Shown here: in pieces, positions 40,979-50,040 of the stretch | How positions within the stretch are numbered: position 1 is the first letter of the stretch | How the letters are laid out: the number at the start of each line of letters is the position of its first letter | Assembly (NCBI GenBank): GCA_937890985.1 | Contig: CALAEM010000118.1 | Coordinates: forward strand, 1,824 to 65,823 | Direction of reading: 5' to 3' | DNA from: an uncultured Treponema sp. | GTDB lineage: Bacteria > Spirochaetota > Spirochaetia > Treponematales > Treponemataceae | DNA: 64,000 bases | Notes under the pieces: model-generated | Database searches by the model: none | Told to the model about the DNA's origin: nothing | The model's input: the letters and a program-made list of their open reading frames with translations, nothing else | Program-made: the position numbers and the translations under genes

Positions 40979-40999
40979 GGATAGGCACCCTGCATCCGC
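40979..40999 (+). repeat. Hairpin GGGTGCC-TCGGATA-GGCACCC, possibly a degenerate copy of the repeat family
   Basis: It shares the outer stem GGTGCC/GGCACC with the 7796-7830 hairpin. The flanks (..CGCACATCG and CTGCATCCGCGAGG) only loosely resemble the family boxes. Confidence 0.4.
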
Positions 41000-41036
41000 G
41001 AGGCGTTGAGCCTTTTATGCACTTCGCTAAATAGTC

Positions 41037-41065
41037 GGGGCGAAATTAAATTTCGCCCTTATTCT
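41037..41065 (+). terminator. Probable terminator after the ankyrin gene
   Basis: GGGCGAAAT-TAA-ATTTCGCCC followed by TTATTCTT. Confidence 0.45.
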
Positions 41066-41287
41066 TAGCTTAACGCATTTCCGCCCAAGCTTTTACCAAA
41101 ACTCAGCCACAAACTCCCAAAAAGCCTTCGCGAAAAAGCACAAAGCCAGCCTTCCTGCAAAATTAAAAAGTACAATGAAAAAAAAGCTCTCGATTTCTTC
41201 AGCACCCAAAAGTTCTGCAAGGTGCAGTCCGAAAAAGAGAGCAATAAAATCCTGCACAGTTAGGAGGTTATCCGTGCAGTGAAAAGC

Positions 41288-41851
41288 CTAAATCTTGCCG
41301 ACGAGGTCGATGCTCGGCTTTAAGGTTTCGTTACCTGGCTTCCAGCGTGCTGGGCAAGCTTGGTCGCCGTATTTTGCGACATATTGCAAAGCTTCCACAC
41401 GGCGGAGAAGTTCTTCGGCATTTCGCCCGATATTTCCGGCGACAACTTCGTACGCCACAATTTTACCCTCAGGATTTATCACAAAGGTTCCGCGGTCTGT
41501 TCTGCCGTCAGCTTCGATTAAAACGTCCAAATCATTGCTGAGGATGTGGCACTGGTCTGCGAGCATCGGGAACTTGATTTTGCGAATTGTTTCGGACGCA
41601 TCATACCAAGCCTTATGTACAAAATGCGAATCCACGGAAACGCTGTAAATTTCGCAACCGAGTGCCTGAAATTTCCCGTAGTTATCCGCCAAGTCTTCAA
41701 GCTCGGTCGGGCAAACAAAAGTAAAATCCGCTGGATAAAAAAACAAAACCGACCACTTTCCAAGCAAATCGCTTTTTTTAACTCGCGTGAAACGGTTATT
41801 GTGAAAACTATCGACTGTAAAATCGCATAACTCTTTTCCAATCATTGACAT
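41288..41851 (-). CDS. ahpC: Peroxiredoxin, AhpC type (typical 2-Cys)
   Basis: 187 aa. Peroxidatic site FTFVCPTE. Resolving Cys in DQACPARWKPG. Confidence 0.9.
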   Translation of the reverse strand: MSMIGKELCDFTVDSFHNNRFTRVKKSDLLGKWSVLFFYPADFTFVCPTELEDLADNYGKFQALGCEIYSVSVDSHFVHKAWYDASETIRKIKFPMLADQCHILSNDLDVLIEADGRTDRGTFVINPEGKIVAYEVVAGNIGRNAEELLRRVEALQYVAKYGDQACPARWKPGNETLKPSIDLVGKI

Positions 41852-41867
41852 ATAAAACCCCTTAAAA

Positions 41868-41909
41868 TTAGAATAATTCTATTATAATAAAATTGTAAAT
41901 TTTATTCAA
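41868..41909 (-). promoter_or_regulatory. ahpC promoter with an overlapping Fur/PerR-type inverted repeat
   Basis: The minus strand reads TTGAAT (41904-41909), a 17 nt spacer, then TATAAT (41881-41886). The palindrome TTAGAAT-A-ATTCTAT at 41868-41882 overlaps and follows the -10 element. Confidence 0.55.
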
Positions 41910-42031
41910 GTGGAAAATGCAACTTTTTTGAAAATTTTTTTGACGAGAGAATTTCTGTCGCAAAAGTTTTACCTTTTCACAGGCTTAAATTGCAAAAGTC
42001 AGCTGATTTGTAACGCAGAATTTGCAAACCG

Positions 42032-43669
42032 TCAGCGGATTTTATACTCGATGCCTGCGTAAGTGTGAAAGGCGGTTTGCTTTTTGCGTCCAGTGAAAAC
42101 GCTCACTTCAAAGCCTGCACGCAAGGTTAGGTTTTTATACACTTCGTCGAAGCCTTCAATGGAGAGCGTGTGAACAAAAAGCGGGTTTCCGCTTGGCGTT
42201 TTTATGCTTGCTTCATCAGGCGTTGTCGGATAGTAAATATCGCCACTTGATGCAAAAAATTTTTCTCCGTTTTCGCCTTGCACCAAAAAGCGATATTGCA
42301 GCGAAGCTCCGTACCGAAAAAAACTGTCAACTCCGATTTTTGCAACAAATGCAATCGTATCGGGGCCGAGCGGATTGGTGAGCCACGCTGCATATTCGTC
42401 AGGCGTATTCTGCGGTTTTACTTTTTCGGTGTGCTTGTCTAACAAGCTGATTTTTTTATTTTCCAAGATATTTAACCAAGGATTTGCGTATAAAAATTCA
42501 CTTTGGAACGTGAGCGTACAAGCTGGAAAGGAATGAGCGTATTCGATGCCACAAAGTCCGCCTAAACTGTTTGGAATGAGTGCTGATTCTGCTGGATAAT
42601 TTTTTCGCTCATACGCAGTCTGAAATTGATTCATTTCGAACTGTCCGTAAAATCGCAACCCACGATACGGCACCACTTCCAAACCAATTCCGAATTGCGA
42701 GCCGTTCGGTGTAAAACCATTGACCTTTCCTTCGTCCCAGCCGTAGATGTTATGAATAACCATCATTGGATTAAGGTACCGCAAGTCAAAACTGCCATAC
42801 TGTGTTGTCCCCTCAAATAAACGAACGCCAACATAATCCGTTATCTTAAAATGAACCTCATGCGTAAAAAGATAACGATAACGCTCCATTACATAGATAC
42901 TCGACGCAATGTTTACACTTTTGTGAAAAAAACGCAGCGAAGCAAAATCCAGCGAGTGAGTGCTGTTTGCCAAAAATAAACTGCCATTAAGCGTTTGTCC
43001 GATGTTGTGTCTTCCACGTCCGATAGTGAAACTCATAAAAGAATTTGCTATCGAAATATTTGCAACGTGCGGTATATGTACATCAAGTGCTCCCATTTTA
43101 AGAGGCATATTTGTAAACGGCAACGAAAGCTGCGATGCCCAAAAGCCTTTTTTAATTTCAATATAAGTTGCGAGGTTTACATAAGGCGACAAGTTGATTG
43201 TCAAAGGCACTGCTACTGGTGCGGGCGTTTTATTGTAATGAGAGAGTTGGTCGGCAAGTAGCATCTTTTTCGCATCGCTATACTGACCATACAACGCAAA
43301 TTCGCCGTTTACGTCAAACGTCAAATAATCACTTTTTAAAAGATAGTCTTGCTTGTGAAGATAACGATGAGCTTGTTCGTAAAGGCGTTGTCCCGTCGCA
43401 TCGAGCTTTTCCGTTTTAATTGCGTTCAGGTAAATGGCGGCTTCGGCACGCGTTGCAGGTTCTTTGTCAGCGAGGCAAACGCTTGTCGCTTGCAAGCAAA
43501 GAAAATGTACCACCCGAAAAAGTGCATCATCCGTTTGAATTAGTTCGGCGTATTGGAGCGGAGTTGTTTTTGTATTTTCTGGTACATTTTCGTTTGATTC
43601 GGAAATCTGCTGTGCATTTATGCCAGCCATCATTAAACAAATTAATAAAGCTGAAATAGTTTTTTTCAT
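42032..43669 (-). CDS. Putative outer-membrane beta-barrel protein (about 545 aa)
   Basis: The start was moved to MKKTISALLICLMMAGINAQ (signal peptide). The body is aromatic and Gly rich. The C-terminus is YAGIEYKIR. Confidence 0.5.
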   Translation of the reverse strand: MKKTISALLICLMMAGINAQQISESNENVPENTKTTPLQYAELIQTDDALFRVVHFLCLQATSVCLADKEPATRAEAAIYLNAIKTEKLDATGQRLYEQAHRYLHKQDYLLKSDYLTFDVNGEFALYGQYSDAKKMLLADQLSHYNKTPAPVAVPLTINLSPYVNLATYIEIKKGFWASQLSLPFTNMPLKMGALDVHIPHVANISIANSFMSFTIGRGRHNIGQTLNGSLFLANSTHSLDFASLRFFHKSVNIASSIYVMERYRYLFTHEVHFKITDYVGVRLFEGTTQYGSFDLRYLNPMMVIHNIYGWDEGKVNGFTPNGSQFGIGLEVVPYRGLRFYGQFEMNQFQTAYERKNYPAESALIPNSLGGLCGIEYAHSFPACTLTFQSEFLYANPWLNILENKKISLLDKHTEKVKPQNTPDEYAAWLTNPLGPDTIAFVAKIGVDSFFRYGASLQYRFLVQGENGEKFFASSGDIYYPTTPDEASIKTPSGNPLFVHTLSIEGFDEVYKNLTLRAGFEVSVFTGRKKQTAFHTYAGIEYKIR

Positions 43670-43883
43670 GATGCTCATTATATATGGCAAGCAAAAATTA
43701 TTTAAGCGGTGTTATCAAAAGCTGCCGAAGAACTACAATTAAAAAAGAATTCTGATGATAGCACTAAGGTTCAATAGCGAATTTAGCGTTTTTAAAATAT
43801 CGATGTATCTTGCCGTTAACCGATAAAATATGTATACTGTGGTTGTAAAGCGATCATAGCTTTAAGACAATTTTGGAGGACTT

Positions 43884-45314
43884 ATGAAATTTAATATTGC
43901 TAAGCAAGGTGGCGTTTCAGCACAGCTTGTTTACGAAGACAAAATTGATGGCGATTATCTTTGCTATCTCAAGGAAAAAGAAATCTTTTCTGGCAAGGCA
44001 GAAGAAGTGTATTACTATCTTGATGCACAGCTCAAGGCACATCTTTTTATAGGCTTGGGCAAAGAAGAAAAAATTGACTTTGAAGTTTTGCGAAAAACTT
44101 TTTTCAAAGCTGCAACTGTGCTTTTGAAAAACAAAGTGCCTGAAGTTGAGCTGAATATTCCCAAGTTGAACAATTTGTGCAATTACAAAATAGCTTCAGC
44201 GATTGCCGAAGGAATGCTGCACGCGACATATCAATACGACAAGTTCAAAAGCGACCGCAAACCTGTGCCAGAGCTGACGGTGAATTATAACCCAGTGAAA
44301 GGCAAGGAAGAGCGTGCAGAAAAAGGTATCAACGAAGCAGTTAAATTGATTGAAGCGATTTTTCTGGCACGCGATTTGGTGAACCAACCTGCGAATGTAA
44401 TTTACCCTGAAACTTTGGCTCAAATCGCAAAAGAAAAACTTGAAGCAAAGGGCGTAAAAGTTTCCATCTATGGCAAAAAAGAAATTGAAAACCTCAAAAT
44501 GGAAGCCTTCCTCAGTGTCGCACGAGCAAGTGCAAAAGAGCCGAAACTCATTGTTATGGAATATTACAATAATCCGCAATCTGACGAGCGAATTGCATTG
44601 GTCGGTAAAGGATTGACATATGACAGCGGCGGTTACGCAATCAAGCCAGCAACCAGCATGGTTGAAATGTTCACCGACATGGGCGGTTCTGGAACTGTCA
44701 TAGGCACAATGCACGCACTTGCCGACTTGAAAGCGAAGGTAAACGTCGTCGCGGTTGTTGCTTCTTGCGAAAATATGATTTCTGGCGATGGCTACCGAAA
44801 CGGCGACATCATCGGTTCGATGAGCGGAAAAACAATCGAGATAGTGAACACCGATGCCGAAGGACGATTGACGCTTGCAGATGCAGTGTATTATGCGACA
44901 ACAAAGCTTGGTGCGACAAAGCTCATCGACCTTGCAACATTGACGGGAGCCTGCGTGTCGGCACTCGGCGAACAAGTAAGCGGTGCAGTTACCAACAATG
45001 ATGCGTTCTTTGCAGAGCTGGAAAAGGCAAACAAACGTGCAGGCGAACAAATTTGGAAAATGCCCGTGCTTGAATATTATAAAAAGATGAATGAGTCAAA
45101 AGTTGCCGACTTGAAAAACTCTGGTGGAAAATTCGGTGGAATGATGACCGCTGGACTTTTTGTCGGCTCGTTTTTGGCAAAGGACGATATTCCGTGGATT
45201 CACATCGATATTGCTGGTACGGCATACATTTCGGAAGATTATGGCTACTTAAAAGCGAAGGCGACTGGAACACTGGTAAAAAGCCTTTATTTTATGCTTA
45301 GTAAAGAAGAATAG
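43884..45314 (+). CDS. pepA: Leucyl aminopeptidase (M17)
   Basis: 476 aa. M17 signature NTDAEGRLTLADA and GKGLTYDSGG. Confidence 0.9.
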   Translation: MKFNIAKQGGVSAQLVYEDKIDGDYLCYLKEKEIFSGKAEEVYYYLDAQLKAHLFIGLGKEEKIDFEVLRKTFFKAATVLLKNKVPEVELNIPKLNNLCNYKIASAIAEGMLHATYQYDKFKSDRKPVPELTVNYNPVKGKEERAEKGINEAVKLIEAIFLARDLVNQPANVIYPETLAQIAKEKLEAKGVKVSIYGKKEIENLKMEAFLSVARASAKEPKLIVMEYYNNPQSDERIALVGKGLTYDSGGYAIKPATSMVEMFTDMGGSGTVIGTMHALADLKAKVNVVAVVASCENMISGDGYRNGDIIGSMSGKTIEIVNTDAEGRLTLADAVYYATTKLGATKLIDLATLTGACVSALGEQVSGAVTNNDAFFAELEKANKRAGEQIWKMPVLEYYKKMNESKVADLKNSGGKFGGMMTAGLFVGSFLAKDDIPWIHIDIAGTAYISEDYGYLKAKATGTLVKSLYFMLSKEE

Positions 45315-45398
45315 TCTGGTTTTGCGGGGACGTTGGCAAAATGCAGCAACCCCGCAAGCCTTTACTAAGCTTTATCGTTGTGCTAAACTTGGAGTGAT

Positions 45399-45542
45399 AT
45401 GAAACGGACAAAATTTATTTTAACTGTGGCGGTTTTTGTTGGGTCAATCGTCCTGATTATTTCGGGGTTGCTCGCTGGTCAAGGTGCCGTCGTTTTGAAA
45501 AAAGCAGTGAATATTTGTTTGGAGTGCATCGGGATAGGGTAA
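45399..45542 (+). CDS. CXXC-motif membrane micro-protein (47 aa; resembles the CD1871A-type family as I recall it)
   Basis: Not in the ORF track. Hand translation gives MKRTKFILTVAVFVGSIVLIISGLLAGQGAVVLKKAVNICLECIGIG, then a stop. GGAG lies upstream. It ends 6 nt before the polyferredoxin gene. Confidence 0.6.
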   Translation: MKRTKFILTVAVFVGSIVLIISGLLAGQGAVVLKKAVNICLECIGIG

Positions 45543-45548
45543 TCGCGT

Positions 45549-46550
45549 ATGAGTGAAAAAATAACAATTGGGAGTCAAGCATCGGCGGATAATGGTGATA
45601 AGCTTTTGACACACGAAGCGGCTGTGCCGCCGAGGAAGAGCTTCGGTGAAAAAAAGAACCAACAAAAAAACGGAAAGCGGTATCGGCATTATATTCAGGC
45701 ACTTGGGGCGTTGGCGATTAATGGCAACCTCAAGGGATTTTTTGAGGGGAAGATTTTTCGCGGGCCGAGTAAGACGGTTTGTATGCCGGTACTGAATTGT
45801 TATTCGTGTCCGGGGGCTTTGACCAGTTGTCCGATAGGTTCGATTCAGGCGACAATTTCTGGGAAAGGGTTTCAGTTTCCGCAATATGCCGTTGGATTGA
45901 CGGTGCTTTTTGCGATAATTGCGGGGCGGCTTTTTTGCGGATATATGTGTCCTTTTGGTTTTTTTCAGGACTTGCTTTTTAAGATTCCTGTGAAAAAAGT
46001 GCCTGTCGTGCAACGCCTCGCGAAGATTTTTTCGTATTTGAAGTATGTGGTTTTGGCGGTGTTTGTCTTTTTGCTGCCTTTCGCCATGAAGGACAGTTTT
46101 GGCTTTACAGATCCATATTTTTGCAAGTACTTGTGTCCTTCGGGAACGCTTTTTGCGGCGTTGCCCTTGATGGCTGTGAATGCTTCATTGCGGGCTGCGG
46201 CGGGGATACTTTTTGCAAACAAGATTTTTATTTCGCTTGTTGTGGTGTCGCTTTCAATCGTGCTTTACCGACCTTTTTGTCGATTTTTGTGCCCGCTTGG
46301 GGCTTTGCTTGGGATTTTCAATCCGATTAGTTTGTATGGTTTGACAATTGACCGAAATAAGTGTGTCAAATGCAAGGTTTGTCAAAAGACCTGCAAGTTC
46401 AATATCCCTACGTACGAAAAGCCGAATAGTCCTGAGTGTATACGCTGTAATGACTGCGTCCACGCTTGTCCGTTTGGTGCAATCAAACACAAGTTTTCGC
46501 TAAATCCAGCGGAAAAACAAGAATCGGGAAAATCGCAAAATCTTCGGTGA
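45549..46550 (+). CDS. Membrane-bound 4Fe-4S polyferredoxin (NapH/MauN-like)
   Basis: 333 aa. Repeated CxxCP-type membrane motifs (CYSCPGALTSCP, CGYMCPFG, CKYLCPSG, CRFLCPLG) plus two ferredoxin clusters (CVKCKVCQKTC, CIRCNDCVHACP). Confidence 0.8.
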   Translation: MSEKITIGSQASADNGDKLLTHEAAVPPRKSFGEKKNQQKNGKRYRHYIQALGALAINGNLKGFFEGKIFRGPSKTVCMPVLNCYSCPGALTSCPIGSIQATISGKGFQFPQYAVGLTVLFAIIAGRLFCGYMCPFGFFQDLLFKIPVKKVPVVQRLAKIFSYLKYVVLAVFVFLLPFAMKDSFGFTDPYFCKYLCPSGTLFAALPLMAVNASLRAAAGILFANKIFISLVVVSLSIVLYRPFCRFLCPLGALLGIFNPISLYGLTIDRNKCVKCKVCQKTCKFNIPTYEKPNSPECIRCNDCVHACPFGAIKHKFSLNPAEKQESGKSQNLR

Positions 46551-46577
46551 ATGATTCTCGGAGTAGTGGGGTAAAAT

Positions 46578-47420
46578 ATGAGTGATTGTAATCATCATTG
46601 TGGCTCGTGTTCGAAAGCGTGTGGCGATAAAAGTTCAAAGGTTGAGACACCGACGCAACAAGATTTACGCGAAAAGCCGCATCGGTTAAGCCGCATCCGA
46701 AAAGTAATCGGTATTGTGAGCGGTAAGGGTGGCGTCGGAAAGTCGCTCGTAACGTCGAGCCTTGCGGTGGCTGTCAGGCGACAGGGAAAGCAAACCGCAA
46801 TTCTGGATGCCGATATTACTGGTCCTTCAATCCCGAAAATATTTGGACTTCACACAAAGGCTGTCGCAACTGATGACGGCATCCAGCCTGTTAAAACAAA
46901 GACTGGAATCTCCGTGATGTCAATAAACCTCCTTTTGGACGGTGAAGCTACGCCAGTAATTTGGCGTGGGCCTCTCATCGCAGGAATTGTCAAGCAGTTT
47001 TGGACTGATGTTATTTGGCAGGACGTGGGTGTCCTTTTTGTCGATATGCCACCTGGAACGGGGGACGTGCCGCTGACCGTGTTTCAATCGCTGCCTGTTG
47101 ACGGGATTATCATTGTTACATCTCCGCAGGAATTAGTTTCGATGATTGTGGAGAAGGCTGTGAAAATGGCGGAACAAATGAACGTTCCAGTCTTGGGACT
47201 CGTCGAGAATATGTCGTATTTTGCTTGTCCAGATAATGGCAAGAAGTACCAAATATTCGGGGAAAGCCATATCGACGATATTGCTAAAAAGTATGGGCTG
47301 GACGTTTTGGCTCGTTTGCCCATTGAGCCTTCGATTGCTAAAGCCTGTGATACTGGCAACATTGAAAGTATTGAGTTGCCTGAACTTAAAGATGCAGCCA
47401 AGCGGATTGCTAATTTATAA
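46578..47420 (+). CDS. Mrp/NBP35 (ApbC) family P-loop ATPase with an N-terminal Cys cluster
   Basis: 280 aa. Deviant Walker A SGKGGVGKS. N-terminal CNHHCGSCSKAC. The pattern ENMSYFxCP is typical of Mrp. Confidence 0.8.
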   Translation: MSDCNHHCGSCSKACGDKSSKVETPTQQDLREKPHRLSRIRKVIGIVSGKGGVGKSLVTSSLAVAVRRQGKQTAILDADITGPSIPKIFGLHTKAVATDDGIQPVKTKTGISVMSINLLLDGEATPVIWRGPLIAGIVKQFWTDVIWQDVGVLFVDMPPGTGDVPLTVFQSLPVDGIIIVTSPQELVSMIVEKAVKMAEQMNVPVLGLVENMSYFACPDNGKKYQIFGESHIDDIAKKYGLDVLARLPIEPSIAKACDTGNIESIELPELKDAAKRIANL

Positions 47421-47448
47421 TGGGCAGACTTGAGTAAATCGTAAAAAG

Positions 47449-48666
47449 CTATTGATACACCTGAGCTATGGTTACAAGATTTTCGGAAGCAGAAGTGATG
47501 TCGGAAAAATAATGAAGGGCAGTGAAGCCGAAAGCTGCGTCGCCCAAAAGTTCGCCATTGACAGTTTGTGGCAATAAAAAACTGCGTTGTGTTCGCTCAG
47601 CTTTGAGCTGATTCCAACGTTGGTTGTTCGCTTGACCGCCAGAAAGCGTAAAGGTAAGCCGACTGCCAGAAAGTGCTTCCAAGGCGGCAATCGCCCGATT
47701 TAGCTTTTCAAAAAAAGCGGAAAGTTCGGCACTTGAGAGGAAAGCCTCGCCGAGTTTGTCGAATCGGTCGGCAAATTGTCCAGTTTTGCCGAGAAGCATA
47801 GATGCATTCCAGTTGCTTGCATTCACAGATGGCAAAATGCGGCAAGGAGATGAAACCTCGGGCTTTTGTGCAAGGCAAACGTTTATGCCTTCTGTCGTTC
47901 CAGCTCGGTCGCAAGCAGATAGCGGCGTTATTGTTTTTGTGCCAGCGATAGCTGCGAAAAAGTCTGGAGCTCCAGCGATGACTGGTATCGAGTCAAACTG
48001 CCCGACTATCGAGCTTGTGAGTGCAAAGGGCGGAATTTTGTCCGAAACTGAAAAATTTCGCGAGCGGCACTCTTCGCTTTTTGCGAAAAAATCATCCAAT
48101 ATTTTTAATTGCGTCGGAAGCCAATACGCGTTTTGATAGCGAGCTTCGGGTAAAAAGCAAATGGGGTTGCCTGTGAGGGTAAAGCTCAAATATTCTGGAA
48201 GCGGTAACAGCAAAGATGCGTTCTGCACTGCCGCGGTATATTTTTGTGAAAACAAAAATATCCGCGGCAGGAAAATTGAGCCTGAACTTTGCAGCATTTC
48301 AAAAAAACAACGCTCACTATCCGAGAGCCTTTGCACATTTAGCGGGTTTTCGCTCCAGAGTAAAAGTTTATCGTTTAAGCATTCGGTGTGTCCCTTCGCT
48401 GGTGAAAGTTTTTTGCATTGTGACTTTGCCACAGCAACGAGTGAAGGCCCATTTCCAGAGATACATATACCAGCGATGCGGAGTTTGTCTCTTTCGGCTA
48501 CCTGACGACATAAACGCAACGCAGCTTGCAATGCCTGCACATACTCGGCAGCGGAAGGACGAGCCGAAAGCGGGAACCTTTTTTCGGTGAATAAGTTCCC
48601 AACTGGAGAAACAAGTGCAGCTTTCAAGGCAGATGTTCCAGCGTCGCAGGCAAAAATGCAGTCCAT
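47449..48666 (-). CDS. FGGY-family carbohydrate kinase-like protein
   Basis: 405 aa. N-terminus ACDAGTSALKAALV. C-terminus SGGQANNQRWNQLKAE..GELLGDAAFG. It is shorter than typical FGGY kinases. Confidence 0.55.
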   Translation of the reverse strand: MDCIFACDAGTSALKAALVSPVGNLFTEKRFPLSARPSAAEYVQALQAALRLCRQVAERDKLRIAGICISGNGPSLVAVAKSQCKKLSPAKGHTECLNDKLLLWSENPLNVQRLSDSERCFFEMLQSSGSIFLPRIFLFSQKYTAAVQNASLLLPLPEYLSFTLTGNPICFLPEARYQNAYWLPTQLKILDDFFAKSEECRSRNFSVSDKIPPFALTSSIVGQFDSIPVIAGAPDFFAAIAGTKTITPLSACDRAGTTEGINVCLAQKPEVSSPCRILPSVNASNWNASMLLGKTGQFADRFDKLGEAFLSSAELSAFFEKLNRAIAALEALSGSRLTFTLSGGQANNQRWNQLKAERTQRSFLLPQTVNGELLGDAAFGFTALHYFSDITSASENLVTIAQVYQ

Positions 48667-48669
48667 CGC

Positions 48670-49920
48670 TTATTTTTTGCGAGCGTTTTCCAGTGTTTTT
48701 TGAATAATTTCACGGTTGTCGAGCAAGCTGCTTACCGAGTCGTGGTTGTGCATTCGGAAAATCGTTTGGGCGAAAAGTCCCGACACGTCGCTTTCGATGT
48801 ACCACTCGCGTTTTTTGAGCTCGTCGTGGTAAACGGCGTTCGTTCCGATGATGCGGTAAAAAAGTCCTTTCGCATAAGCGTCATCAAATTGGGAAATTGC
48901 GTTTCCGTTAAATAGCGGCAAACTGATTGCTGCGATAACTTTTTGTGCACCTTCGTGTTTCAAAAACTCAAAAGCCTTCAAAAGTGTGCCGCCTGTTCCG
49001 AGCATATCGTCTGCCAAAAATGCGGTTTTGCCACGAACATCGCCGAGCAAATTCATACTCACGATATTGTTTTGTTTGGCATTGACTGACACAACGGAAT
49101 AGTCGCGTTCTTTATATAACATTGCAAGGGGCTTTTTCAAACCAGTTGCATAAAATTTGTTTCTGTCAACGGCACCGCTATCTGGAGCGACTACGACGAG
49201 GTCATCCATCGAGCTTTCCGTCAAGTCCAAAATTTTCGCAAGCTCGCTGATTATCTGAAAGCTCGCATGTAAGTTTTGCAAAAGGCATCCGTGAAAAGCG
49301 TTTTCGATTTCTCGCGAGTGAATGTCCAGCGTGATAATGCACTTAACGCCAAGCATTTCATACAGGTGAGCTAGCAAACTAGCTGTCAAGCCTTCTCGCC
49401 CTTTCTTTTTGTGTTGACGGCTGTACGGGAAAGCAGGCATCACTAAGTTGATGCTGTTTGCACCTGCGTGGCGGGCGGCATCGATGGTAACGATGAGAGA
49501 CAAAAGGTTGTCGTTCACAGAAAAGCAATGCTTGTCCGCTTCGTCGTTGACCGCAACAGGCGTGTGATTTTCTGCATCTTGAAAAATATAAACATCTCGC
49601 CCGCGGATTGATTCCAAAATTTCGGTTTTAACTTCGCCGTTTACAAATTGAGTAAACCGTGCTTTTACGCTAAAATTCGGTTTGGACATTTTTTCCAAAC
49701 TTCTGTGATTGGGCATTTTCGAACTTTCCAAGTCGGAGGCAAAATTCAAATCACGGATGATTTGCTTTTTGTCCATTTCGTATCGCTTCGAAAGGCTTGT
49801 GAGCCGACGGTTAAATTTGGCTGCACTTAACCGCTCCAAATGCTTAATCGTTGCTTCGGCAAACTGTTTACCAGCAGGGCAGGCAATGATTGCTAAATTA
49901 TTTTCATCGTAGTATTTCAT
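48670..49920 (-). CDS. prs: Ribose-phosphate pyrophosphokinase (long form)
   Basis: 416 aa. PRPP-binding loop FLADDMLGTGGTL, plus VVVAPDSGAV and LDIHS. An extra segment of about 100 aa sits near the N-terminus. Confidence 0.75.
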   Translation of the reverse strand: MKYYDENNLAIIACPAGKQFAEATIKHLERLSAAKFNRRLTSLSKRYEMDKKQIIRDLNFASDLESSKMPNHRSLEKMSKPNFSVKARFTQFVNGEVKTEILESIRGRDVYIFQDAENHTPVAVNDEADKHCFSVNDNLLSLIVTIDAARHAGANSINLVMPAFPYSRQHKKKGREGLTASLLAHLYEMLGVKCIITLDIHSREIENAFHGCLLQNLHASFQIISELAKILDLTESSMDDLVVVAPDSGAVDRNKFYATGLKKPLAMLYKERDYSVVSVNAKQNNIVSMNLLGDVRGKTAFLADDMLGTGGTLLKAFEFLKHEGAQKVIAAISLPLFNGNAISQFDDAYAKGLFYRIIGTNAVYHDELKKREWYIESDVSGLFAQTIFRMHNHDSVSSLLDNREIIQKTLENARKK

Positions 49921-50040
49921 TGTAACACCGTTGTTTTTTTAATAATATGGATTGTATCACAAAGCAAAGTTTTTTTCAAGGGAAAGTTTGCTTTTTTGAA
50001 GTCCCGAAGCAAGTGCGGCTATTGCAATGCTGTTTCAAGT

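Noticed and set aside
40914-41287. A short basic ORF (MKKKLSISSAPKSSARCSPKKRAIKSCTVRRLSVQ, about 41176-41283) between the ankyrin gene and ahpC.
   Set aside because: It has no SD. Its composition is what random AT/GC-mixed sequence would give. It also overlaps the probable ahpC terminator hairpin.
44196-45050. A 284 aa minus-strand ORF inside pepA.
   Set aside because: It is antisense to a clear M17 aminopeptidase with the NTDAEGRL motif. The product is Cys/Arg-rich nonsense, so it is a shadow ORF.
45444-46013. A 189 aa minus-strand ORF overlapping the CXXC micro-ORF and the polyferredoxin gene.
   Set aside because: The translation is Arg/Lys/Pro-rich and has no motifs. The plus strand carries a well-supported 4Fe-4S protein.
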